From Acidimicrobiia bacterium UBA5794 (GTDB lineage: Bacteria; Actinomycetota; Acidimicrobiia; Spongiisociales; UBA5794): a DNA stretch of 64,000 bases. Made by a program: the position numbers and the translations under genes. Where the stretch lies: the NCBI GenBank assembly GCA_002418265.1, contig DIDS01000014.1:146503-210502 (forward strand), read 5' to 3'. Below the pieces are notes generated by a model. The model searched no databases, was not told where the DNA came from, and saw only the letters and a program-made list of their open reading frames with translations. The stretch's first letter is position 1, and every line of letters starts with the position of its first letter. Positions 1-7,650 of the stretch are shown one piece after another.

Positions 1-776
1 TCATTCAGAACGAGGAAGGCGCGATCCTCGCCAAGGTCGTTGAACCCACCGGGTTCCGCCTCCGCGAGGTCGCACGTCAGGTCTACAACGAAGCGCTTGA
101 GAGCGCAGGTCTTGATGAAAGCGACGTTACCTATGTGATTGCGACCGGCGCTGGACGCCATCAGGTCGACTTCAAGGACATCCACGTCACGGACCTGACG
201 GCGAGTGCACGGGGTGCGTGCTTCCTCTTCCCTGGCACCCGCACGATCCTCGACATCGGTGGTCAGACAATGAAGGCATCCAGGGTCGATGAGAAGGCTC
301 AGGTTCAGTCCTTCCGCCTGAACGACAAATGTGCAGCGGGGACCGGTGCCTTCCTTGAGAAGACAGCACGGTACATGGGATACACAACGGTGGAAATCGG
401 TGCCCTGATGACCACGTCGAAAGATCCGGTCCCGATCTCGGGTGTGTGCGCCGTGTTCGCGGAGTCCGAGGTGATCAACCACCTGTCAATTGGAACACCG
501 CCTGCCGACATCATGCAAGGTGCGATGGAGTCACTCACCGGACGTTCTGTGCAGCTCATGAAGCGTGTCAGAGCAGAGCCGGAATACACCCTCATCGGAG
601 GAATCCTTCGATTCGAGACGATGGGCAAATCGGTCAGCAAAGCGCTCGAAGCCGAGGTCAACGTACCGGACCCCGAGATGGTGCAGTTCGTTGCAGCTCT
701 CGGATGCGCGATTCTCGGTCGTCGACGCCTCGAAAAGCTGGCGAAGGAGAAGGACAAAGAGGCGGTCCCTGCATGA
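1..776 (+). CDS. BadF/BadG/BcrA/BcrD-type ATPase (activase of CoA-dependent radical enzymes, or benzoyl-CoA reductase ATPase-like subunit); 5' end lies outside the window
   Basis: Frame 3 is open from base 3 to TGA 774-776. It has DKCAAGTGAFLE and GVCAVFAESEVI segments, which carry the Cys pair that bridges the [4Fe-4S] cluster in HgdC/BcrAD-type ATPases. Confidence 0.85.
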   Translation, partial: IQNEEGAILAKVVEPTGFRLREVARQVYNEALESAGLDESDVTYVIATGAGRHQVDFKDIHVTDLTASARGACFLFPGTRTILDIGGQTMKASRVDEKAQVQSFRLNDKCAAGTGAFLEKTARYMGYTTVEIGALMTTSKDPVPISGVCAVFAESEVINHLSIGTPPADIMQGAMESLTGRSVQLMKRVRAEPEYTLIGGILRFETMGKSVSKALEAEVNVPDPEMVQFVAALGCAILGRRRLEKLAKEKDKEAVPA

Positions 777-1060
777 CGGACATGCTCGAGTCCTCGGTTG
801 GAGAGCCATCGCTCACCACTGCGGTCTACTGCGCCACGGAGGTTGTCGTGCTCAACGAGGACGAACTCCTCGCTGCGGGGTGGATGCAACGCACCGTGAC
901 CGATCCGAACCGAATCGGTGAACTTGAGGAGCTCTATCAGAGCGTCGGCTTTGAGACCACTGTCGTGCCGCTTGATCCCGATAGCTTCGGGGACAGCTGC
1001 AACGACTGTGCGGTGACCGCCTGTGCCGAGTACCTCGCGCTCTTCACCCGCAAACGGTAA
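773..1060 (+). CDS. hypothetical 95-aa Cys-containing protein, translationally coupled to the ATPase gene
   Basis: ATG 773-775 overlaps the upstream TGA (ATGA). I trimmed ORF-track ORF 446..1060 to this start. It has SCNDCAVTAC (C-x2-C-x5-C) near the C-terminus. No family recognised. Confidence 0.5.
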   Translation: MTDMLESSVGEPSLTTAVYCATEVVVLNEDELLAAGWMQRTVTDPNRIGELEELYQSVGFETTVVPLDPDSFGDSCNDCAVTACAEYLALFTRKR

Positions 1061-1077
1061 CCCCGACCGCCCGTTGT

Positions 1078-1131
1078 CGCGTACCCAGGGTAGATGGACC
1101 TCCTGGGTGGGGGTCTGGAGCCCACAGAATG
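1078..1131 (+). repeat. copy 1 of a ~54-nt conserved hairpin element (CGCGTACCCAGGGTAGAYGGACCYCC-loop-GGGGGTCTGGAGCCCRCAGAA)
   Basis: Near-identical to 2590-2643 (+) and 3636-3687 (-). The stem CGGACCYCC/GGGGGTCTG is kept while the loop varies. It starts 18 nt after the stop codon at 1058-1060. Confidence 0.85.
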
Positions 1132-1142
1132 TCGCTCATCGT

Positions 1143-1186
1143 GTAGGCCATCCCTACGTAACAAACGTGTCGTAGGGATGGCCTAC
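1143..1186. repeat. perfect 16-bp inverted repeat (GTAGGCCATCCCTACG, 12-nt spacer, CGTAGGGATGGCCTAC)
   Basis: Read directly from the sequence: arms at 1143-1158 and 1171-1186. The right arm covers the ATG at 1178. Confidence 0.9.
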
Positions 1187-1189
1187 GGT

Positions 1190-1681
1190 ATGAGCATGAC
1201 CGATCTACCCGTGAAAATCATCCGCAGCGCAAGACGAAAAAGAACGATCCAGGCGTCGGTTATCAGTGGATCCATCGAGGTCCGGGTGCCAGCCGGTCTG
1301 GAACCATCCGAGGAAGCGAAGCTGGTCGATGAGATCACAAAACGTGTCCTGCGCAAGATGTCCTCCAAGGAAGTCAACCTGACCATACGTGCCGCTGAAT
1401 TGGCCCGTCAGTACGGTCTGCGCACACCGTCGAGCGTCGAGTGGTCCAGCCGGCAGATGAAGAGGTGGGGTTCGTGCACACCGGTCGACGGAACTATCAG
1501 AATCTCGAACCGGTTGGCATCAATGCCGGACTGGGTTCTCGACTCGGTATTGGTGCACGAGCTTGCACATCTTGAGGTCCCCGACCATGGTCCGCAGTTT
1601 GAGGAACTGGTAGGTCGCTACGAGTTCATCGAGCGGGCGAGAGGCTATCTCCTCGCAAAGAGCGGACAGACCTTCGACTGA
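1190..1681 (+). CDS. M48/DUF45 (YgjP-like) zinc metallopeptidase
   Basis: It has the HELAHLEVPDHG (HExxH) motif and the N-terminal IRSARRKRT pattern typical of DUF45. The ORF is open from 1094, with ATGs at 1178, 1190 and 1196. I chose 1190 because 1171-1186 is a hairpin arm. Confidence 0.8.
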   Translation: MSMTDLPVKIIRSARRKRTIQASVISGSIEVRVPAGLEPSEEAKLVDEITKRVLRKMSSKEVNLTIRAAELARQYGLRTPSSVEWSSRQMKRWGSCTPVDGTIRISNRLASMPDWVLDSVLVHELAHLEVPDHGPQFEELVGRYEFIERARGYLLAKSGQTFD

Positions 1682-1700
1682 ACCGCCGAACTCCCATTCA

Positions 1701-1878
1701 TTACATGAGCGCCCGCATACCAGTCCGTGTCAGGAAATTGCTCCCGCATATCACACGTTGACGGAATGGATCTGTGAGCATGGCCACGAGATGACGGGTC
1801 CACCGCGTGAGATCTACCTCAACGATCCCTCAGGCCGCTGCTGAAGAAGAACCCGTCACAACAGTCGTTCCCAATTGA
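1701..1878 (+). pseudogene. relic of the C-terminal part of a GyrI-like (AraC/MerR effector-binding) domain, truncated and frameshifted
   Basis: The frame from 1734 reads EIAPAYHTLTEWICEHGHEMTGPPREIYLNDP and then hits a stop at 1842. The +1 frame continues AAAEEEPVTTVVPN*. The N-terminal two thirds of the domain are absent. Confidence 0.45.
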
Positions 1879-1981
1879 TTCGGGTGCGAGCTGAACGTCG
1901 AGTTGTTGGTCGCGTTAGACGCAGATGCAGGGCGCATAGCCGCCACTGGCCATTGGAGCAGCCGGATGCGAACATGAGGGG

Positions 1982-2572
1982 ATGAAGCGTTCGACCGCGA
2001 TCGGGCACCTTGTAGAGATGGGCACCGTGGCCACGGAATCGATCGCGCTCCGCGAGATGCAAAACGGTTGGCCACTGGTGGAGATCTGGCTCACCGGTGA
2101 GTTGCTCGAACCCGGTGGTGATCTCGATGCCGGAAGCGTGATTCTGATGCTCGATACCGTGCCGGCCGAGACGACCTGGCTGGCAATGCATCCGGATGGA
2201 GAGTGGGTGGGTGATCGGCTTCGGTTGGGGAAACGCCCGATGCTTTGGTGTTATCGGCCCTCGACCTGGCCACCGTGGAACGCTCGGTATCAGCGGGTGG
2301 CACGCATCTGGTCCGATGCGAGCGGTCTCGATGGGCCCGCCATCGACCTACTTCGTAGCAATCGGAGCCCGCAGATCATCCAACCAAGCGCGGATGAGTT
2401 TCGCAAGCAGCTCGTCGAAGAGCGGCGAGCTTCCTTTGAGCACCTTCGTAAGATCGTCGACGGTTATTGGGAACCACAGCACCGCCGACGAGGAGCTGAT
2501 CGTCATGCAGGCGAGAATCACCTGTGGCGAGCCGCAGCCGGATTGATTGAGATCGAAGATGCCCTCACGTGA
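1982..2572 (+). CDS. hypothetical protein (196 aa)
   Basis: It is the only long ORF filling this interval. No family motif recognised. Start codon not verified. Confidence 0.5.
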   Translation: MKRSTAIGHLVEMGTVATESIALREMQNGWPLVEIWLTGELLEPGGDLDAGSVILMLDTVPAETTWLAMHPDGEWVGDRLRLGKRPMLWCYRPSTWPPWNARYQRVARIWSDASGLDGPAIDLLRSNRSPQIIQPSADEFRKQLVEERRASFEHLRKIVDGYWEPQHRRRGADRHAGENHLWRAAAGLIEIEDALT

Positions 2573-2589
2573 CCCAATGGTGCCATCTT

Positions 2590-2643
2590 CGCGTACCCAG
2601 GGTAGACGGACCCCCTATATGGGGGTCTGGAGCCCGCAGAATG
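2590..2643 (+). repeat. copy 2 of the ~54-nt conserved hairpin element
   Basis: CGCGTACCCAGGGTAGACGGACCCCCTATATGGGGGTCTGGAGCCCGCAGAATG. It starts 18 nt after the stop at 2570-2572. Confidence 0.85.
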
Positions 2644-2665
2644 CCGCTGTCGCCCATCGCTAGGG

Positions 2666-3580
2666 CTAGGTGCTGGATCGGTGGTCATCGGTGAGCACAT
2701 TGCGAACCGTCCATAGAACATGCGTGGGTCGATCGTGAACATCAGACCAAGTGAATCTCAGCACTCGCCATCCGTTGACCACGGCTGCGCGGTCACGCTC
2801 ACGGTCGACCTCAAAGGCCTCGATATGGGTGTGCCATCGGCGTGAGTCCCATTCGATCGCTACCCGATGCTCGGGAAAGGCGACATCGAATCGACGACGA
2901 GGAGACCACGGTATGGGGTACTCCGATTGATACCCGGTGATGCCGCCTTGGTCGAGGATGCGGCATCCCTTCTGTTCGAGAACTGATCGCGAGTAGTCGT
3001 TTCCGGCTCGCTCTTCGAGCAAGGAGCGAAGTACCCGAACACCCGGTTTCCCCTTGCGTGCCACTTCAGCGAGCACTGCTGCCACGCCGTCGACCGTTTC
3101 TCGCTGGGAGCTCAGTACCTCGTCGAGGCAGATCGCAAGCTCCCCCATCGGTAGGCGAGCCGCAAGATCGATGATCGTGCGGGCAGGTGTCGTGACCCGT
3201 AGGTGGTCGCACTCGGTCACGTGATGATCCTGCAGATCGTGGCAACGGATGACCGACACACCCGGGAACACATGTGTGGTTGTGGTGTGGACGAGCACGG
3301 TCGCTGGACCGGGAGGCACCCGGTCGATGCCGTGTAGCTCCGCCGCGGAGAAATGTGACACGACGGCACCGGGGAGGACGGCAATAGCGGCCCGTACCCG
3401 GTCCATCGGGTCGCGTTCTTCGAAGATTGAGTACGCCCCGCGGGCGTACGGATTCCACCAACCCGATGCCAGCCGCCTTTCGATCTGCTTTTCCGACACG
3501 CCAAGCTGGTAGAGCTGTTGGCGGGTGATGACGCCACCCTGGCGGGCCGCAATGTGATTGATTGCGGATTCGATGTGCAT
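2666..3580 (-). CDS. DUF559 (Vsr-like endonuclease fold) protein with AbiEi_4-type N-terminal HTH
   Basis: The N-terminus reads AARQGGVITRQQLYQLGVSEKQIERRLASGWW. The C-terminus reads FDVAFPEHRVAIEWDSRRWH...RDRAAVVNGWRVLRFTW. Both are typical of this multi-copy actinobacterial family. Confidence 0.85.
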   Translation of the reverse strand: MHIESAINHIAARQGGVITRQQLYQLGVSEKQIERRLASGWWNPYARGAYSIFEERDPMDRVRAAIAVLPGAVVSHFSAAELHGIDRVPPGPATVLVHTTTTHVFPGVSVIRCHDLQDHHVTECDHLRVTTPARTIIDLAARLPMGELAICLDEVLSSQRETVDGVAAVLAEVARKGKPGVRVLRSLLEERAGNDYSRSVLEQKGCRILDQGGITGYQSEYPIPWSPRRRFDVAFPEHRVAIEWDSRRWHTHIEAFEVDRERDRAAVVNGWRVLRFTWSDVHDRPTHVLWTVRNVLTDDHRSST

Positions 3581-3635
3581 GCTGGGAGGATCTCAGGCAC
3601 GGGCGAAGAAGTCGATACCCCCGTTTTGAACATGC

Positions 3636-3687
3636 TTCTGCGGGCTCCAGACCCCCACCAGGGGGGTCCGTATACCCTGGGTACGCG
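3636..3687 (-). repeat. copy 3 of the ~54-nt conserved hairpin element (inverted relative to copies 1 and 2)
   Basis: The reverse complement reads CGCGTACCCAGGGTATACGGACCCCCCTGGTGGGGGTCTGGAGCCCGCAGAA. It lies 4 nt after the minus-strand stop codon at 3692-3694. Confidence 0.85.
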
Positions 3688-3691
3688 GCTT

Positions 3692-4459
3692 CTAGGCGTT
3701 TTTCCAGGCTGGTGAACGTTTGTCGATGAATGCCTGGATGCCTTCGACGCCGTCATGGGTTGGAAGCAGTTCCTCGATGTACACGCGCTCGGCTTCGGTG
3801 AGCCTGGCATCGACATCGGCCGCATATGAGTCGCGAATTGCCGCGGTTGCGATCCGCAGCGACGACGCTGAGCGCGGAACAAAATGACGCTCCACATAGG
3901 CATCGACTGTGGCACCAAGCTCACCATCAGGGGCGACCACGTTGACGAGCCCCATCGCCAACGCCTCGTTGGTTCGTACCGTGCGACCGGTCAGCAAAAT
4001 GTCCTCGGCGATTCGGCTCTTTCCCTGAGCACCCAAGAGTGCCGTAGCTGCGGGCGGGATGACGCCAAGCTGGATCTCGGGACACGCGAGCTTTGCCGAT
4101 TCCTCGGCAATCACGATGCCACATCCGAGGACGAGTTCGAGCCCTCCCCCGAGACAGTTTCCCTGAACACCGACCAACGTCGGATAGGGGAATCGAACCA
4201 GGGCACGGATGACCGCACCAAGTGCAGCGAGCATCTCGGGTGCAGTTTCAGGAAGATGCTCTTCGACACTTGCACCGAACGAGAAGTTGCTCCCTGCCGC
4301 ACGCATGACCAGGACCTTCCCACCCGTGGCGTCCGCCGCCGTTGCAATTGCGTCTTCCAACTCACCGCACATCGCGATGTCGATCACGTTCCCCGGTGGC
4401 TGGTCAATCGTGATCGTGTGAACAGCCCCGTCGTCGGAGACATCGTGGCGAACCGTCAT
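3692..4459 (-). CDS. dch: enoyl-CoA hydratase (crotonase) family, cyclohexa-1,5-dienecarbonyl-CoA hydratase-like
   Basis: It has the crotonase fold (GGGLELVLGCG oxyanion segment) and is 255 aa. It is ATGA-coupled to the oah-like gene, giving the classical had-oah-dch neighbourhood. Confidence 0.7.
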   Translation of the reverse strand: MTVRHDVSDDGAVHTITIDQPPGNVIDIAMCGELEDAIATAADATGGKVLVMRAAGSNFSFGASVEEHLPETAPEMLAALGAVIRALVRFPYPTLVGVQGNCLGGGLELVLGCGIVIAEESAKLACPEIQLGVIPPAATALLGAQGKSRIAEDILLTGRTVRTNEALAMGLVNVVAPDGELGATVDAYVERHFVPRSASSLRIATAAIRDSYAADVDARLTEAERVYIEELLPTHDGVEGIQAFIDKRSPAWKNA

Positions 4460-5583
4460 GCATCTGCCTTGTACTGGGGAGATACAGCCTCTATCAGCTC
4501 ATCACCCCATGTCTCGCCTTGGGCGATCCTGCGCCGCAAGTCGATGTAGTCAACCTCGCGACCAACCTCACGGTCACCGCGGTGGAATGCCTGGAACCCT
4601 GCCCTGGCCTCCGTCATCATGTTGAGCGAGAGCCATGCACGGTTCGACTCTTTGTTCTTGTCCCAGTGCTCCAGCTTCTTCTTGCGGACGGACTCGATCG
4701 TCTTGATCGTGCAATCAGGCATGGTGTAGAGGATCTTGGTGATCATCTCATCAACACCCGCATCAAGCATCGAGAGATCCAAGGTCGCTGACTTGACCAC
4801 ATCCTTGGCTGCCGCGAGTTCGTCGCCCTCCTTCGACTTGCCGTGGATGATCTTGCCCCACTCGTCGAGGTAGCGATCGGTCACGACGAGCGGGTTCGGG
4901 ATGAACGCACCGTCAACCTTCAGCACCGGATAGATGTCGTTGACCAACCCGAGGCGGAGGGCCTCGTGGGCGCTCCACGGGTCACACAGCACACAGCTCG
5001 CCATGGCTTGGGTGAATCCGACATAGAGATCGAGGAAGTCCGTCGAGCCACCGTCGGGCGCGGAGCCGTGCTTCGGGCCTGCCTGCCCGAATCGGGCCAT
5101 GTCAGATGCAAGCGTAAAGTCACACGCCATCCCGATTTCTTGACCGCCACCGATCCTCATCCCGTTGACCCGATTGATGACCGGCTTGTCGCACATCAAG
5201 ATGGCGGAGACCATGTCGTTGAACAGACGCATGTACTGGCGATACTCCAGGGGTCGACCCGCGTAATACTCGGAATACTCCTCCGTGTTGCCACCCGTGC
5301 AGAATGAACGGTCACCAACCGCCGTAAAGACCACGGCGACCGCCGCCCTGTCAACCGACGCACGACGGAATGCGAGGATGACCTCCTTCACCGATGCCGT
5401 CGTATATGAGTTGAGTTGCTCAGGATTGTTGAGCGTGATCCACACTGCGTGAAGGCCGTCAACCGCTTCACCTGCGGTGTCAAGCACAGGGCGCTTCTCA
5501 TAGAGCACCTCGTTGAACGTCACACCGGAGACAAGTTCGTGGTCAACGAACTCAAAACTATCTACTGGAGCCATGGATTCCAC
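4456..5583 (-). CDS. oah: 6-oxocyclohex-1-ene-1-carbonyl-CoA hydrolase (ring-cleaving; Oah/BamA)
   Basis: It is a 375-aa extended crotonase. It has the LNSYTT and GGGQEIGMACD segments and YAGRPLEYRQYMRLFNDMV, which I recall as BamA/Oah-specific. Confidence 0.85.
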   Translation of the reverse strand: MESMAPVDSFEFVDHELVSGVTFNEVLYEKRPVLDTAGEAVDGLHAVWITLNNPEQLNSYTTASVKEVILAFRRASVDRAAVAVVFTAVGDRSFCTGGNTEEYSEYYAGRPLEYRQYMRLFNDMVSAILMCDKPVINRVNGMRIGGGQEIGMACDFTLASDMARFGQAGPKHGSAPDGGSTDFLDLYVGFTQAMASCVLCDPWSAHEALRLGLVNDIYPVLKVDGAFIPNPLVVTDRYLDEWGKIIHGKSKEGDELAAAKDVVKSATLDLSMLDAGVDEMITKILYTMPDCTIKTIESVRKKKLEHWDKNKESNRAWLSLNMMTEARAGFQAFHRGDREVGREVDYIDLRRRIAQGETWGDELIEAVSPQYKADA

Positions 5584-5586
5584 CTT

Positions 5587-6648
5587 TCATGGGATGAGAA
5601 TGGTTCGTCGAGGATCGACACGGTTGTGTGCGTCATCGAGAGCTTGCGCAATGTCCGTCATCGGCACCTTGCGGATGAACGGTGCGAGGTCCACCTTGCC
5701 GGAGGTGACGAGTTCGATCGCCTCCGGGTAGAGCTGCGGTGGGCAGCCCCAGGTGCCAAAGGCCGTGGCGTCGAAGGCCATGAGGTTCGAGAGTCTGACA
5801 GAGATCTTGTCCATGGTGAAACCCACGACCGCAAGCGTTGCCTGTGGGCCAAGCATGCCGTAAGCGGTTTCTTGACCGGGAGCGGTTCCCGAGCACTCAA
5901 AGATCTTCCAACCGGTGGCTGGCTTCCCGAATGTCTTGGCGTGTGCTCGCACAGCGTCGCGGACGTCACGCGGCGACATGCCCCGCGAATTCACGGTTGC
6001 CGAGGCTCCGAAATCCTTGAGCTGGTCGAGTCGTTCGTCGTCGATGTCGACCGCAACGACCGTGCCACCGGAGGCGGCTGCAATCTGGACCGCATACGAA
6101 CCGACGCCGCCGACGCCCACAATGACGACGAAGTCGCCGTCTGACACTCCCGCCCGTCGAACGGCCTGAAGCGGTGTCGTAACGGCGTCTGCGATAACGG
6201 ACAGATCAGCGAGCTCATATCGGTCAGGAAGGCCTTCGATCACCGACAACCCGTTCGTTGGCACGGTGATGTGTGTTGCCCATCCCCCGTCAAGATCGTT
6301 GCCAGGCATCTTCTGGTTGATGCAGGCGTTGCCCTTCCCTGCAAGGCACAGGTCACATATGTCACAGGGAATCACCGCCGGAATGAGCACTGCTTTTTCG
6401 AGCCAGTCCTCAGCTCCCGGTCCAGCCTCGACGACGCGACCACTGATCTCGTGACCCAGGACGATGGGAAGTGGTTGCTTCGTGGCAACGCTTCCGTCAA
6501 GGAATCCAAGGTCCGTGTGGCACACGCCGCATCCGGCGATTTTCACCACAACCTCGCCTTGACCGGGGCGACGCGCAGCATCCTCAACCCGTTCGAGAGG
6601 TTCACCAACCGCGTTGAAACGCCACGAATACCTACCGTCGCTGCTCAT
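5587..6648 (-). CDS. had: Zn-dependent alcohol dehydrogenase family, 6-hydroxycyclohex-1-ene-1-carbonyl-CoA dehydrogenase-like
   Basis: It has the GCGVCHTD and GHEISG Zn-ADH motifs and the GVGGVG Rossmann motif. It lies directly upstream of oah. Confidence 0.7.
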   Translation of the reverse strand: MSSDGRYSWRFNAVGEPLERVEDAARRPGQGEVVVKIAGCGVCHTDLGFLDGSVATKQPLPIVLGHEISGRVVEAGPGAEDWLEKAVLIPAVIPCDICDLCLAGKGNACINQKMPGNDLDGGWATHITVPTNGLSVIEGLPDRYELADLSVIADAVTTPLQAVRRAGVSDGDFVVIVGVGGVGSYAVQIAAASGGTVVAVDIDDERLDQLKDFGASATVNSRGMSPRDVRDAVRAHAKTFGKPATGWKIFECSGTAPGQETAYGMLGPQATLAVVGFTMDKISVRLSNLMAFDATAFGTWGCPPQLYPEAIELVTSGKVDLAPFIRKVPMTDIAQALDDAHNRVDPRRTILIP

Positions 6649-6666
6649 TGCCTGTCTCCCGTCCCT

Positions 6667-7650
6667 TCAAACACGCTCTGTGGCCGCCTCGGTCAGCGCC
6701 TTTGCCACATGCACAGAGATCATCCACTTGCGGTACCGCTGGCCCGTGTCAGTGTTGTCCTGGGCCCGGACGGGCTTGGAAGCGATCTCGGATGCCTCAT
6801 CGATGACCTCGGGTGTGAGCTGTTTCCCGACAAGGAATTCCTCGGCATCGGTTGCACTCACCGGGGCAGAGGCGATGCCACCCACGACGATGCGCGCCGT
6901 GTCGCAACGTCCCTCGGAATCAACGTCGACGGCGCACGCAACGGAGAGCAGAGCAAAGTCGATTGATCCGCGCCGACGCAGCTTTTGGAACGACGTACGT
7001 GCTGTCGTTGCAGGAATCGTGACGTCCACAAGGATCTCATCCGATGTCTTGGTGAGGTAGTTGATTCCATCGCTGCGATACAGCGAGTCGGCGGTCACCA
7101 CCCTCTCACCACGTGAGCTGACCAATCGCACCGATGCGTTGAGGGCTATGACGACCGGGGCGAGATCGGTTGAGCTGATGGCCCAGCAACGGTCGCTCGC
7201 TGGCGCAACCCAACACGTGTCACCGCCATCCTTGAGGCAATGTCCACGGGCTTGTCGCCACGTCAGAGGCATGTCGATGTAGTTGCAGCGCGTATCGACG
7301 CACAGGTTGCCACCGATCGTTGCCGAGTTCCTGATCTGGGGCGAGGCCACGGTTGCTGCAGCAGAAGCCAGCATCGTCGGAACATCAGGTGACGATGCGA
7401 TCTCACTCAGCGTTGTGAGGGCGCCGATGACGCATGCACCGTCATCAGTGATAGCAATACCGTGCATCGCTTCAATGTTGGCGAGCGAGACCAAGGTGAT
7501 CGGAGCTGCCTGGTGACGCTTGAGTTTGGGTACAAGATCGGTGCCTCCTGCAATGAGAACGGCACGATCGTCGGGATCCGAAACAAGCCTCGCAGCTTCT
7601 TCAAGCGTCCCCGCGGACACGAACCCGACCGGTGGCACCTGAATGGTCAC
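6667..7650 (-). CDS. hcrB: FAD-binding medium subunit of an xanthine-dehydrogenase-family molybdoenzyme with a [4Fe-4S]-type Cys insert (4-hydroxybenzoyl-CoA reductase beta-like)
   Basis: It has the AGGTDL FAD motif. The insert is CNYIDMPLTWRQARGHCLKDGGDTCWVAPASDRC, with Cys at residues 122, 138, 146 and 155. The GTG start overlaps the hcrA stop (GTGA). Confidence 0.8.
   Translation of the reverse strand: MTIQVPPVGFVSAGTLEEAARLVSDPDDRAVLIAGGTDLVPKLKRHQAAPITLVSLANIEAMHGIAITDDGACVIGALTTLSEIASSPDVPTMLASAAATVASPQIRNSATIGGNLCVDTRCNYIDMPLTWRQARGHCLKDGGDTCWVAPASDRCWAISSTDLAPVVIALNASVRLVSSRGERVVTADSLYRSDGINYLTKTSDEILVDVTIPATTARTSFQKLRRRGSIDFALLSVACAVDVDSEGRCDTARIVVGGIASAPVSATDAEEFLVGKQLTPEVIDEASEIASKPVRAQDNTDTGQRYRKWMISVHVAKALTEAATERV

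Noticed and set aside
446-772. N-terminal 109-aa extension of ORF 446..1060.
   Set aside because: It overlaps the well-supported ATPase CDS in another frame, and its translation is Arg-rich nonsense. The ATG at 773 forms an ATGA junction with the ATPase stop.
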